Shown one piece after another: positions 13,660 to 27,689 of a stretch of DNA of 64,000 nt (the stretch's first letter is position 1; every line of letters begins with the position of its first letter). The notes below the pieces were generated by a model, which worked only from the letters and a program-made list of their open reading frames with translations, ran no database searches and had not been told where the DNA came from. This DNA comes from Octopus vulgaris (lineage: Eukaryota): the NCBI GenBank assembly GCA_951406725.2, contig OX597819.1:87854001-87918000 (forward strand). The letters run 5' to 3'. Both the position numbers and the translations under genes were made by a program.

Positions 13660-14285
13660 AAACAGAGTGGACAAACAAGAACAGACAAAGGGATTAAGTC
13701 GATTATATCGACCCCAATGCGTAACTGGTACTTATCGACCCCGAAAGGATGAAAAGCAAAGTCGACCTCAGCGGAATTTGAACTCAGAACGTAGCGGCAG
13801 ACGAAATACCTATTTCTTTACTACCCACAAGGGGCTAAACACAGAGAGGACAAACAAGGACAGACAAACGGATTAAGTCGATTACATCGAACCCAGTGCG
13901 TAACTGGTACTTAATTTATCGACCCCGAAAGGATGAAAGGCAAAGTCGACCTCGGCGGAATTTGAACTCAGAACGTAACGGCGGACGAAATACCGCCAAG
14001 CATTCGCCAGGCGTGCTAACGATTCTGCCAGCTTGCCGAATCCTTTCAATCATAGGCCCAAGGCGTGAATTTTTGTGGGAGGGGACTAGTGTTTCACTGG
14101 TACTTAATTTATCAACCACGAAAAGATGAAAGGCAAAATTAGCACGGCGGAATTGGAGCTCAAAATGTAAAGAGCTGCCAGAAATACCTATTTCTTTATT
14201 ACCCACAAGGGGCCAAACACAGAAGGGACAAACAAGGACAGACATAGGTATTAAGTCGATTACATCGACCCCAGTGCGTAACATA
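13660..14285 (-). mobile_element. Tandem and partial copies of tRNA-derived SINE family B
   Basis: About three overlapping units of GACCCCGAAAGGATGAAAGGCAAAGTCGACCTCGGCGGAATTTGAACTCAGAACG. Same family as 47382 and 53055. Confidence 0.85.
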
Positions 14286-15049
14286 CCACTATGCACTATA
14301 TCGACAACCTAATGATTCTGCTAATTTATTGTACGTATTGTTTTCTATGACAATAACAGTGATAATGAAAAATTCAATGTCCAAAACGATATATAAATAC
14401 ATATTTACAGCATTTCAATAAATAACAGGAGAAAAAAAATATTTGATAGAAAGAAAACACCTCTTACCAACAACAAAGCTCTCTGGCGAAGAAACACTCC
14501 ACTTAAAATGTATAATATAAGTAATCATAAGTTTAGCAATCTTACGTGGGTGCGTCTATTATAGTTATCAGCTTTGTACAGAAGTGGGTAGGTTAAACAG
14601 AGCTTCACACAAAAACTGAATATGTACAGCAAACAAACTGGGGAATGATATAGAACTTATGTCACTTAAAATGTGTCAACGAAAAAAATAATAGAGTAGA
14701 CCCGTTATTCTTGTTAAGTGTTTTTACTGTCTCCACGGCTCAGTCTCATTTCCATCAATCTAACCTTCGTTCTACATACTTGACCCAAGCTGTTTGCATT
14801 TTTTATGCAAATATATTCTATTTCGGCTTTCTTTCTACATAGGTCGTCCGATAGCTTGTTTATACAAGTTACACAGGTATTTCTTTTATTCTATATCTTA
14901 TTTTATACACCTTTGTTGTGGTGTTGAATATCTTTAATTGACAAGTTTATGGGCATGTTTTCCTTTTTGACTGAAAATGAATTAACATTTAAAAACCATT
15001 GTGTTGTTAAGAAGTTTGCTTTCTAGGTATGTAGTACATTTACCTCTGT

Positions 15050-15480
15050 TGATCGAGAGAGCTGAATACATTACATACATTAAAAAAATATTGCTGGAAC
15101 TTAAAAACTAAAACAGTTGCCAAGTTGCCAACAGTTGCACAACCGGCCAGATATCGCTGTGCGGGAGCGCAAAGAAAAGATATGTTCCGTTGTGGAAATC
15201 AGTTTCCCTCTGGACGTGAATAGCATTAAAAAAATACAAGAGAAAGAGGACATCTATGGACCATTGATAAGTAGTTTCCAAATCCAGTACCCAAGATACA
15301 CTTTTGGCTTCATACCTATTGTTATTGGAGCAACAGGATACATATCAACCTGTCTGGGGCAAAGTATGGCTAGACTTGGGATCTTCAGGAGAGAATGCAA
15401 TTCCTTAATTCATATGCTACAAATGATTACGATATTTGGGACTATTAAACCTACAAGATCTTCTTAAGAATTAAAGAATA
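15050..15480 (+). mobile_element. R4/Dong-type (restriction-like endonuclease) non-LTR retrotransposon 3' end
   Basis: ORF 15117-15467 HNRPDIAVRERKEKICSVVEISFPLD..KIQEKEDIY..IPIVIGATG matches the RLE 'RPD...E...K...KY' motif set. Confidence 0.8.
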
Positions 15481-15659
15481 GTGATTAAAAAAAGATACTT
15501 TCCTTCACAACCTTGCTACCAAATTGGTGGCCGATCAAAATTTACTCTGAAACTGAAAAGAGAAAGAGAACATGCCTACATACATAACACATACACACAC
15601 ATGCACGCACGCACACACATACATACATACATACATACATACATACATACATACATACA

Positions 15660-15695
<36 letters not shown>

Positions 15696-15698
15696 TAT

Positions 15699-15912
15699 AT
15701 GGATCAAAACAATTTGATTCAAATTCCTTGGTACTTTTAGCTTCAAAGCGTGATGCTAATCCGCAGCCATTGAAAATTTAGCTGAGAATTAGCATCACAC
15801 TTTGAAACTTAAAGTACCAAGGAATTTGAATCAAACTTGTTTTGATCCATACATGTAACTCCCAATAAATGTGTTGAGTGCCCTTCTTTCGTTTGTCCAC
15901 TAATTCGTTTAT
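15699..15912. repeat. Long foldback (about 70-bp arms) with an unpaired 3' extension, inside a (TACA)n/(TA)n tract
   Basis: ATGGATCAAAACAATTTGATTCAAATTCCTTGGTACTTT... at 15699 is the reverse complement of ...AAAGTACCAAGGAATTTGAATCAAACTTGTTTTGATCCAT ending at 15850. The loop is ~13 nt. Confidence 0.9.
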
Positions 15913-16699
15913 ACATGTGTGCGTGAGTACGTGTATGTGCGTGTATATGTGTCATTTAGTTTTATTTCTAGATTATTTACCAATGGGAAGTCTGTTTCTA
16001 ACCTAGATCTAAGGCTCTTCCATTGGAACTTTAAACAACATCAATAAGTATTGGTTCACTATTTGCAGTCAATGTATGTGCAGATTTGTATGTTTTATTT
16101 TATGTATGTATTCTCATGCACATAGTTGCATGTCTTGACGTGCATATCTACTTAAATGCTAAACTTTCGGAGATGGTAAAGCGCATTCAAAACTGAATCA
16201 ATGGGTAGGCTTCACGACCAAGCTACGGAAGTTTCACATGATCGGCCGATTAACCGACCAATCAGCATCAAGCCGTCGCGTGGTTCAACTTTCTAAATCT
16301 TTCTCATTGAGCCCTATATAAAGGTGGTTTATAATGATAACCCCAGACTGTCGGGACCTCCGTTTGACGTTTCCATTCTCATTTCATCACCAGCCGTTGG
16401 CAGAGAGAAGGTGCAGATTTTGTGGTCATGAATATAGCGCGTTTACCACTTGTGGTGAGCTAGCCACAATTACTGTACCAGTTAAATTATCGTACATCCT
16501 AGTAGTATGTGTCTCTTTGCGTGTAATTGTTGCTCTTAGTTTTTGTCAAAAGACCAACACAGAAAACACTATGTACAAGAAATAAAGCTTCTGTTAACTG
16601 TTCGTGAGTGTTGCTAATTACTTCTACACACAGCCCAAGAAATACATTTTCACTCATCAGCACCTACCACGACTACCACAATGACAATACTCACAATGG

Positions 16700-17380
16700 A
16701 TTGTATCTGTAATCTTCTAATTAGCTTTCTACTTTTGTGAACTCTTATTTGTTAAGATTAGTGTAGTCTTTTATCCCAATGATCGTGGGTAGAAATCTGA
16801 GCTTGTAATCCGAGTATAGTAGTTGTCAATTTCTCCATAGTTCAGCGTATACATAGTTTCTCTTTTCTATATCAAATCACTATGTCTAGTCTGTTCTACT
16901 TGCATTTTATTGAGGTTTTCGTAGGAACATTCCACCAATGCATTTTCATATTATGAATGGTTATGGCCTTTACCACACTGTGGGTTCCTACTGCTTTGAC
17001 CTCACGATTATCCTTCCGACGGATCTCACTGTGCGGTGTCTTGACATCATGTCTCATCGGTAGATATCACGATGACATTTTCGGTCAACTGCTTATAATG
17101 CGGGTAATAGTTTTGGCATTAACTTCACAGAGTTTTCATCAGTTATCACATTCCCTTTTGTTCATCAGGAACTTGGTTGGAATTTCGTGTTCCTGGATTG
17201 TTAATGCATACCTTTCAAAGTGAAAGTTAGTGATCTTGTTAGTCCCTGATAGACTGCTTTAATTATCAATGTTGCTGTAATCCTGAAGCTTTCTACTAAC
17301 ATACCCATGCATTGTTTTTCTGCTAGGAAGCACTCAACCGTTCATCTAATGATATGTTGCGGTAGAGTCATACAACTTCT
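16700..17380 (-). mobile_element. Degenerate R4/Dong-type LINE 3' region
   Basis: Minus-strand remnants (HWWNVP; DIEKRNYVYAELWRN*QLLYSDY) are similar to the RLE domain at 15117. Confidence 0.5.
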
Positions 17381-18067
17381 TTGTGGTGAGCTAGCCACAA
17401 GTTCAAGGTGTAGCGGATGGTGTAGCGGATTTGAAACATAGATGATATATGAAAATTGTAATTTACTGTGCACTTCCAACTGGTGAGCTCAGCATATGTT
17501 GCCACTCTTCCACCGCTCTAGAACTTTCAGTGGAGGAAATGACAAATGAGATCATCATAAAGAGACATTTGTACGTCATTAGATTATAGTGATAAATTCT
17601 TATACAACAGTATCAGTTTTCTAAATGCCAAAGCACAGCTGACTAGTAATATCGTGAACCTGTAGGTTTTACATCAGTGTGTCTATCTCTCCTAAGATGT
17701 CGCTGGGACAACCAGGTGGTTTTACCGAGAGCCTTGACACAAGGGTATGCCCTGACACAAGGATATTTCTGTGTCTCCGCGCTCAAATGACTTGCCATCA
17801 CTTATGCTAGTTAACCCATAGCTGGGACCCTGACAGATGCTACTACTCAGTCAGAGTACACATGAAAACAATAGTGACTAAGAGGTTGTTCCACACACTT
17901 CAAAAGCTTTTACCGGATGAATGTATGTATACGTGTATATATTCGTAAATAAATACATATATAGACGTGCACTCGCACACGCACACAGTGCTAGCAAGCT
18001 TGATACTTAGATAACGAGAGAGAGAGAGAGAGGGGGGGAATGAGAGAGAGAAAGAGAGAGGGGGAAG

Positions 18068-18105
<38 letters not shown>

Positions 18106-19585
18106 AACCATTCTATGTTAATCCGGATATCAGATAAACTGGATGACATCTAAGTTAATAAGACTAGTGTCCGTGTTGAATTTCACTGTTGTCTTTGAAA
18201 ATCAATGTTGTAAGGGAGGGTTTCTGGGTGTGCTAGGTGAACAATACCAAGTCCACTCACTTATTTAATCATGGAACGTAATGGGCTCATATGTCAACAT
18301 ATATGCTCCGGCTAGTGTTTTATTAGTCAGGGGAAGATGTCACGCCTCAGTTATTAGATGATTTCAAATTGTTTGTTCTTCCCAAAAAATTCTGATACGA
18401 TGTTCAGATGAAGTCATGTTTATGCAGTTTCCGACAATTTTCAGCTGTGCAAAGAGCACATTTGTTGCTCCTGTTTTTGTAACGTTTCGATCTTTCTATA
18501 ATTTTCAAATTCATATTTGTAGTTAGGATTTTCTTTTAATTGAGGTAATTTCTCTTTTCGATACGACTAAAAGAATACGTACTTCTGTAAATTATTATAT
18601 CGAATGTTCCTTTTCCCGTGTCTGTTTATCGTTTATGACTTCTGCATTGATATTTCTGAGTGAGAATATGGCCTCATTTTTGTTGGGGGCGTATAACACG
18701 TTAGTCGTGCAACAGTAACCTAATTTAATATTGTATCTGCAAAACAGCTTTCTATATTTATTGATGGTAGGGAAGAGGGAGAGGGGGGGCTTTATAAATT
18801 TTTTTTCTTATTTTGAAGAACCGATTGTAAATACTTGTATTGATGTTATTGATCAGTTCTTACAAACCAGGAAGGGATAATACAATTCTACGTTAATATA
18901 AATGAGTTACCCATTAGACTTTCTAAAAGTTTAAGTCTGTGGGATTCGGTTTCATTGAACGCAGATAGCTCTGACTACTATATCTTCAGAAGTGTCCAGA
19001 AGTATTACTCTGTCACTTTTGCGTTACTCACAGTATTAACCAATGTATGCAATATTCTCATCAATTCTAAAGTATTTCTAACATTAAAGTGATAATGGTG
19101 ATAATGCCATTGATATCCATAATCCTTTTCTGGTCGATAACGTGTTCTCATTTGACGATCAAATATTGTCCTATTTTGTATCTTGATGTAAATACTTCTC
19201 GAGTACATCAACAAAAAGGTATGTGTGACGTTACGTTTTCGCTTATCTGTAGATCCAGAGCCATATTAAAACCCATGGAGGCCTTAACCCCATAAAAGAT
19301 TTTGATGTTCCCAGATATATGTAATTCAAAATATAAAAAATATTAAACCATAAAATAAATTTTTATTTTTCAAAATGAAACAAAACTAACAGTAAGTTAT
19401 TTAAATAATGTAGTTAACCAATGTCTTTAATGTTTACAACTTGACCCGGAAACAAAAATCAGAAAAAAATAGTGCAACGGGTTTAAAAAAATTTGGAGGA
19501 AACGAATATGAAAAAAAATGCGCGCAAAGCAACGGGAGGCTTGGGAGAGGACCTCGGAAATTTCACATGATCCGTGTTTTTCCCT

Positions 19586-20547
19586 TGTAGTGTAGCTCGG
19601 TGATATCCTCACTGTTTGAGAGAGATAATAGAAATGATGTCGTGGCAGATAGCAGCCATTCTTCGGCTGTTTGGGACCGGTTGTGTCCACTGCCCTGATT
19701 GGTTGGTTTTGGTGCAGTCTTCTTTCGCGCCAGTGTGTAAGCCAACCAATCACGGCCTTCGGATAAGGTCCCATGACACAGTTTTTTTAATTTTCACTGG
19801 AGCCTACCTTTTGCTTTAAAAGGCCTCAGCAATTCACTATATCTTGTCTTTGGTCTTCGACCATTGACCACAACCAGACCGCGACTCAACCAGTTCCAGC
19901 GACTTCAGCCAATGTTTTTGTGACGGCACCAACATGCAGCATCTCAGGACTGTTCTCCACCGTCGCCATCACCTCAACGTCGCCTTTCTCCACCGTCGGC
20001 TTCAACAATACGTACACAGCAACTTGCTCAGGTCAACTTTACGCTGTTGTGAATTCATCAAGGTTAACAGCTCCAGTCTACCTGTGAGAACTTTCTGTAC
20101 CAAAGCAACCTGGCAATGGATTGAAGCCACAACTTATACACGCGTAATAACCGCTCTCCTCTTTGTCACTAACTACATTGATACAGAACTAACTACTATT
20201 GTGTATCTTACGAACTGGTAATTAACGCCATCTAGTCTGAACATTTTCTATTTGTTCTCTATTTGCTCTTTATTGTTCTTCTGTACGCACCCACAGACAC
20301 ACACCACATGTCGCACGTACTCAGACTAACACTCTGCTAGCAATCACACACGCTCTTATCATTATGTACAAATTCTGTAAATAAAACTTCTTCTCTCAAA
20401 CAGTAGAACGGTTGTGTCGTCTTCCTTATTCATTGTCACTCATTCTTTTATGCCCTATATTTAGCTTCTTCTTTGTGGGACGACCGTGCGGCGTTTAAAA
20501 GGAGACATTTCTGTCACCATCTCCTTTACGTACGGTCGTTCGCTACA
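19586..20547 (+). mobile_element. Solo LTR (Gypsy-like family A)
   Basis: TGTAG...CTACA termini, near-TSD CCCT/CCCA, AATAAA at ~20380, homologous to 36855-37964. It interrupts a ~170-bp repeat that resumes at 20548. Confidence 0.8.
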
Positions 20548-20554
20548 CCCACAT

Positions 20555-20900
20555 AACTTTTAGGAAAATGAGGTTTTTTCAATGAAATTTTATAGAAATA
20601 CCTTTCAAATGGCATATATTACGATTATAAAGAAATTTGTGGGGAAAATCTTCCCCAAGGGGGTTGGGAAAAGTTCCCAACCCCCTTGGGGAAGATTTTC
20701 CTCGGAAAATTCACAAGACCCATTTTTTACTTGTAACTTTTAGGAAAATGGGGTTTTTTCTCAATGAAATTTTATATAAAAATACCTTTCAAACAGCATA
20801 CATTACAATTATAAAGTAATTTGTGGGGAAAATCTTGAGGTGGGGAAAGGACTTTCAGAAAATTCCCAAGATCTGAATTTTTCCTCGTTATATTCCGAAA
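20555..20900 (+). repeat. Tandem ~170-180-bp units of a dispersed repeat
   Basis: AACTTTTAGGAAAATG..AATGAAATTTTATA.AAATACCTTTCAAA repeats at ~20555 and ~20735. Related copies lie near 8870-9090 and 12950-13270. Confidence 0.65.
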
Positions 20901-21077
20901 TCACATTCAACTTTCTACAGATACCCTAGCGTAGTACTACTACACTACGTAGTGTTTATTTCTACCCACTTTCAATAATTTTTAATGTTTTGGCTTCAAT
21001 TTTGTTTCATTTATCTTCAATTATTTTTACGCATTTTTAAACCCTTCCGTCGTTTTTCTCATTCACTCGTTATTACT

Positions 21078-21131
<54 letters not shown>

Positions 21132-21136
21132 CTATC

Positions 21137-21980
<844 letters not shown>

Positions 21981-22559
21981 ATATATATAAAGAGAGAGAG
22001 AGAAAGAGAGAGAGAGATTATATATATACATATATATTTTATTGAAAAGCAGTAAAAATATCACAAAAACTGTTACTCAATAAAGCTTATTACTCTACCT
22101 CTCGTATTCGAATACTATTTTTTCCACCTTGTTTCACATTTATGTACCTACTCCAGCACACACACACACACACATATATACACACACACATATGTAATAA
22201 CTTATATACACACATACATATATATACACATACACACACACACAAATACATATATATATATATATATACACACACATATATACATACAGTTATGAGGGAA
22301 AACTTGGATCTTGTGAATTTTTGTACTTTTACTTTATTTATATTTCACAAATCTTCTCCAATTTTTTTTTTTACTTACCAAAGTCTTTGATTAGATCCTC
22401 AAAATTAATCTTATGCAACACAGTTACTACTATACTAAGTAGAAATTAGACACTCTGAATATTATTTTTAGCAAGTTTAAAGTAATTTTTTTTGTGCAAT
22501 ACACCATTGCTTATTTCTGTGGTGTCCCACTTTCTTTGGTACCCTAAGCAGGTGCTTAT

Positions 22560-22775
22560 TTTGCCTAATGGTTAATCCACCGCTGTGTAGATTTTATCAT
22601 ATAACCTTTCTGTCTCCTTAACAAAACTGAGTAGGTCTTTGCTACTAGGAGGAAAAGTTTTAGAGATACTATGTCACATTGAAATATTCCTGTTGACAGC
22701 CTAATTTTGTTAGTGACTGGTGTGGTAAATTCAATTCTTATCAACAGCTCTGTGGACCAATTTGTTGTTAGCACT
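22560..22775 (-). mobile_element. Non-LTR RT fragment (R4/Dong-like)
   Basis: IRLSTGIFQCDIVSLKLFLL resembles the GIFQGDSLSPLLF motif. Confidence 0.55.
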
Positions 22776-22919
22776 TATGTATGTATGTATGTATGTATGT
22801 ATGTATGTATGTATGTATGTATGTATGTATGTATATATATATGTATGTACGTATGTATGTATGCATGCATGCTTACATACATACATGTCATTGTTCAGTT
22901 TTATTTCAACTTTTCTTGT

Positions 22920-23145
22920 CAATAGAGAAAGAGCTGGTTTCAAAAAACTTTCCCATGGTAAAGCTCCTGGACAAGACGATATTCCCATAGAGGTGTACAA
23001 GCACGGTAGCAGACAACTTGTAAGTTAAGCTGTGTAAATTGATCTGTTTGATCTGAGAAACTGGATCTGTTCCCCAACTGTTCAAAGATGTATCTGTAAT
23101 GCACTTATACAAAAACAAAGGGAAGAAAAGTGTATATGATAACCC
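22920..23145 (+). mobile_element. RTE/BovB-like LINE fragment
   Basis: KKLSHGKAPGQDDIPIEVYKHG followed by ETGSVPQLFKDVSVMHLYKNKG, the pre-RT region of RTE elements. Confidence 0.75.
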
Positions 23146-23859
23146 CCTTTTCCAATAGAAGAATAAAGATAATCAAAAAGAATGGAGAAATGTGTTGTTA
23201 TTGACAAGCTATTCTAGTGTAATTTATTTTATTGATACCCGTTGGATTAAAGGTAAAACTGACTTTTGTGGGATTTGGACTCTGAATGCAGAGGAGCATA
23301 ACTAAATAGAACAAAGCATTTAGTCTGGTACTCCATCCATTCTGGGCAGAATTTTTGGAACAACGGTCCTTCAAAGTTCCATACCTCACAGAAAAGGAAA
23401 AGTGAGGTAGGCAGGTTTCCTTCATTTTGTTTTTAATCTTCTTTTGTTTGATACAATGGAAAATTTTCTCAAAATTCTCTTTCACATCCCACCCTTAAAT
23501 TCTGTTTCCTTTTTTCCTTCCGTGTCATTTAGGAAATAACTATTCTGATTCATTCAACCAAACCTATCAATTACATTACTTGCCCATCACATGTGCAGTT
23601 TTATCTCTCCATCTTTGGCAGGGGTGGGAAAGAGGTACACGAACAGGTGATTAACAAGTTCACTTCATAATCCTGACATGTTAGTGTTGAGTTCAATCCA
23701 ATTCCATCACACCTTGAGCAAGTATCTTTTAGCCTAGTTTTGGTCTGATTTTTTTTGTTTTGTTTTATCTTCTATCCATGTTTGGTCTGAAAGAAGGGAC
23801 AGTGCCCATGCTCTTCACGGACCATCTAGATAAGTGAGGTTAATGATTAATGACAATGA

Positions 23860-24110
23860 TGTGCCAGTGGCACGTTAAAAGCACCAACCAATCATGGCTG
23901 CTGCCAGACTCCTCTGGCACCTGTGCCGGTGGCACGTAAAAAGCACCCACTACACTCGCGGAGTGGTTGGCATTAGGAAGGGCATTCAGCTGTAGAAACA
24001 CAGATCAGACTGGAGCTTGGTGCAGCCCCTGGCTTCCCAGACCCCGGTCGAACCATCCAACCCGTGATAGCACGGAAAACGGACGTTAAACGATGATGAT
24101 GATGATGATG
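23860..24110 (+). mobile_element. RTE-tail short retroposon (3' UTR of the 6627 LINE family)
   Basis: Reverse complement of 6627-6850, ending GTTAAAC(GAT)n. Confidence 0.85.
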
Positions 24111-25189
24111 TTTCTTGTAAACCTTTGTAAACCAACATCTGTGGGAAAATATGAGCAAGGAGAGATTTCCTGCAGGAAGCCGTTTGTGGGGAGAAAGGAC
24201 TGGGCATAGAGATAAATGTGAGGCCATGTAGGTGGGTTGGGATGAGGTGGGGTGGACATAAGAGGGATGATGAGAAGAGAAGAGGCAAGTGGGATGAGTA
24301 TGTTTAAGAGGAGGTGAGGTGAGCTCAGCTAGCTGCAAAGAGCAGAAGCCATATAGTAGCAGTTGAAATGGCACAGAGAGGATAAAAGCACATCTGGGAG
24401 TGACTTAATAGTTAATCTGTCAGGTGGTCAAAGCATTGGGGGTAAAATTGTCTAAATAGAAATTGTGTAGAACCCTGCCAAATGAAAAACAACTAATTTA
24501 AAGAGCCAACCTAGTCTCACATCAAATATGTAACCAATAAGGGGTAATATTGAAACCTGCGACCAACAGCTCCCTGTCAATAGAATTATTCATCTGATAT
24601 TTAATTAGAGTTTGTTGTGATTTTCCACAATTTTTCAGCGAATGTTGTACTATTCTTAATTGTTGAAAAACTTGCAGTTGAGACTCTGGCTATGTCCATC
24701 ATGCGCCACGCTGATTCTGTCCCAGAGTTACATTAAGGCTACATATATCTATGGAATACTCAGCCAAATTACACTATAACTAGAACCTGGGCCTATAATT
24801 AAAAGGCCTAACCATGTCAAACTGGGTTGTACTTATGGATCGTGTTGTGGGTAAATGTGTGCTGTTTTGTATTCAACCAGTTATATGTTAATATAATGTG
24901 TAAGCATAAGACTACAAACTGACAGAATCATTAGCACACTGGACAAAATGCTTTACATTCTGAGTTCAAATTCCACCTAGGTTGACTTTGTCTTTTATCC
25001 CTTCAGGGTTGATAAAATAAATACCAGTTGAATGTGTAACCAGTTCAGTTGATCATACAACTAGAATGATCATCCTAATAACAGACAAAGATCCATTTCC
25101 TTTAGTTTTTGTTTACTTATACACATCAGCAAATGAGTCAATGAGGTAATCTGTGTGGTTGTTCAATTTGCTAGAAATAACAGCCTCAG

Positions 25190-25630
25190 TCCGCTTATGC
25201 ATACCTTTCCTTCTTGGGACACAAAACTCTACTTGTGAAGACCTGTTGAGGCAAGTGAAAATCAAAATCAAAATCAAAATCGATCAACATCAATGGAAAT
25301 TGTAGCTGTGATACCAGTGCCGGTGGCACATAAGAGAACCATCCGAAAGTGGCCGTTGCCAGCGCTGCCCTGACTGGCCTCCGTGCCGGTGGCACGTAAA
25401 AAGCACCATCCGATCGTGGCCGTTGCCAGCCTCGTCTGGCACCTGTGCTGGTGGCACATAAAAAGCACCCACTACACTCATGGAGTGGTTGGTGTTAGGA
25501 AGGGCATCCAGCCATAGAAACATTGCCAGATCAGACTGGGCCTGGTGCAGCCTCCTGGCTTCCCAGACACCAGTTGAACCGTCCAACCCATGCTAGCATG
25601 GAAAGTGGACACTAAACGATGATGATGATG
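25190..25630 (+). mobile_element. RTE-tail short retroposon (same family)
   Basis: Same ~60-bp tandem units and the AAAC(GAT)n tail. Confidence 0.85.
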
Positions 25631-25994
25631 AACAGCCAAATCTCCCTGACACTAACATTTTAAAAGTGAAAGACACATTAAATAACAACAATATAGTCAT
25701 AAGAGGAAGAGCACTACCTTCCAACCATGTCCTTGTCCTTACTGACAAACATTCGCTGCAACCATTGCGAGTGCACTGCCAGTTTAAATTCCCACGAACC
25801 ACTTTCTTACTTATGTTGTGCCTAGATTTACTGCACCTCATTTTTTTAGGGATAATACCCTTTTCTTACAAATTATTTACTGCATCCACCTCTGTTTTCA
25901 AAATCTTCTTCAAAGTGGTTACAATTAAATGGCTTGAATGTGCATGCAGCCATTCCAAGCAAGGTAAAAACAGAAAAACTTCACAAAATATATG

Positions 25995-27559
25995 TGTAGT
26001 GGGCTGAAGTGATGATGTGCCATATCACATCGATATGATGTAGCCTACTACCGAATGTCGCATGTAGATGTAACGCTTGAAGGTTCTCACATCGGAGTAG
26101 CCAATGAACATTGAAGAAATAACACCAAGAAGGAAGAAATGTTATTTACATATATTTATTTGACAGGTAGTTAAAGAGACACTGGCAATTCTAGTGATAG
26201 TGACAAGGTTGGCTCGCTGGTTAGTAGTTGATAGTGTAGAAAAAGGTTGTCTGTCAGTAGAGAGTGAAAGAGTAAAGAATGCGTGGTGCTGACTAGAAAG
26301 GAAGAAAGGATAAAGATGGCATCTTCTTTTTTGTGGCCGAAAGCTTCTCTTTGTATGACGAGCGAAGGGCGAAGGGAAGTGTTGCTCTTGGTCATGACTG
26401 ATGCAGAAGAGCATGGCATGCAGGTTAAAATGCATGACTGCGTTTGAAAAGTTGCGTGTGCGGACTCCCATATTTTCATCCAGGCAGTTTTTGGTTGGAT
26501 GGCTGTCGAAACATTGCGTTTTTTTATTGCAGATGTTTATTTTGTGGCTGTGCAACGTAGTGGAGTGCATTCTGTGGCAGATCAAAAGTGCATGGTGGGT
26601 TTCCATTGTGTCAGTGAGTTCTTCTCCTTCATGTTATGTGATAGTCGAAATGGAAACTGTATATAGTGGAAGTTGTTATTCTTGTCTTCGATGTGACGAG
26701 CATGATGTGTCAGCTGTAGTTCTTCAGCTCAGGTTACCAGAATGTAGTGACGAAATGGAAAATTTAACCACAGAACAAAAAATTGTCTTCATTTTCCAAA
26801 TGCAATGAAGTTGGTGAAGTAGAGGCAATTGTGTATTAGAACGTCGGGAGACATACGTGGCAACGGCTGTTAGATGAAGGCTGTTGATCTTTTAGATCAG
26901 GATAACCAACTGTAGCGGGTTGGATGAAAGATGTGATATCAGATCGATATGATGTAGCCCATTACTGAATGTAACATGTAGATGTAATGCTTGAAGGTTT
27001 TTGTGTTGGAGTAACCAGTGAACATTGAAGAATCAACACCAAGAAAGCAGAAATATTATTTACATATATTTATTCGTTTGCCCGACAGGTAGTTAAAGAG
27101 ACAACAGCAATTCTAGTGATAGTGACAACAAGGTTGTCTCGCTGGTTAGTAGTTGATGAAAGAGTAAGGAATGCACGGTGCTGACTAGAAAGGAAGAAAG
27201 GATAAAGGTGGCATAGTCTTTCTTGCAGCTGAAAGTTTCTGTTCGTACACTGAGCTAAGACCAAAGAAAAGTGTTGCTCTTGGTCATGGCTGACGCAGAA
27301 GAGTGTGTTGCTCCTTAGTCTGCTGACACAAAAAAGTGGAAGAGATAGGAAGTGTTCTCTGTTATAAAGACTATGGTCAGTAATGTAGGTCAAACCCTAA
27401 GCAAAGGATTAACCTTTCTTTGGCCAGCACAGGTCCTTGGGAATCAAGTGCTTCCTCATCAATCATCTGGTGTGGAGAGGATTTCCTGGTCACTTTGACA
27501 AAGAACAAGCGAGTGGATTTGGTTTCAAGTCTCAAGCAGGACTAAGTAAGGTCCCTACA
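25995..27559 (-). mobile_element. Two tandem or nested LTR-like copies (family C)
   Basis: 25995-26400 is homologous to 26911-27300 and both start TGTAG. The unit ends CTACA at 27559, with near-TSD TATG/TGTG. Confidence 0.6.
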
Positions 27560-27689
27560 TGTGTAAAATATATATGTAAAAAGGCACGAGCTAGCAGAAA
27601 CGTTAGTGGTATTTCGTTTGCCTATATGTTCAGAGTTAAAATTCTGCCGAGGTCGATTTTGCCTTTCATCCTTTCGGGGTCGAAAAATT

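Noticed and set aside
16640-16665. CUGAUGA-GU-GAAA on the minus strand
   Set aside because: No stem II and no stem I pairing; a chance motif.
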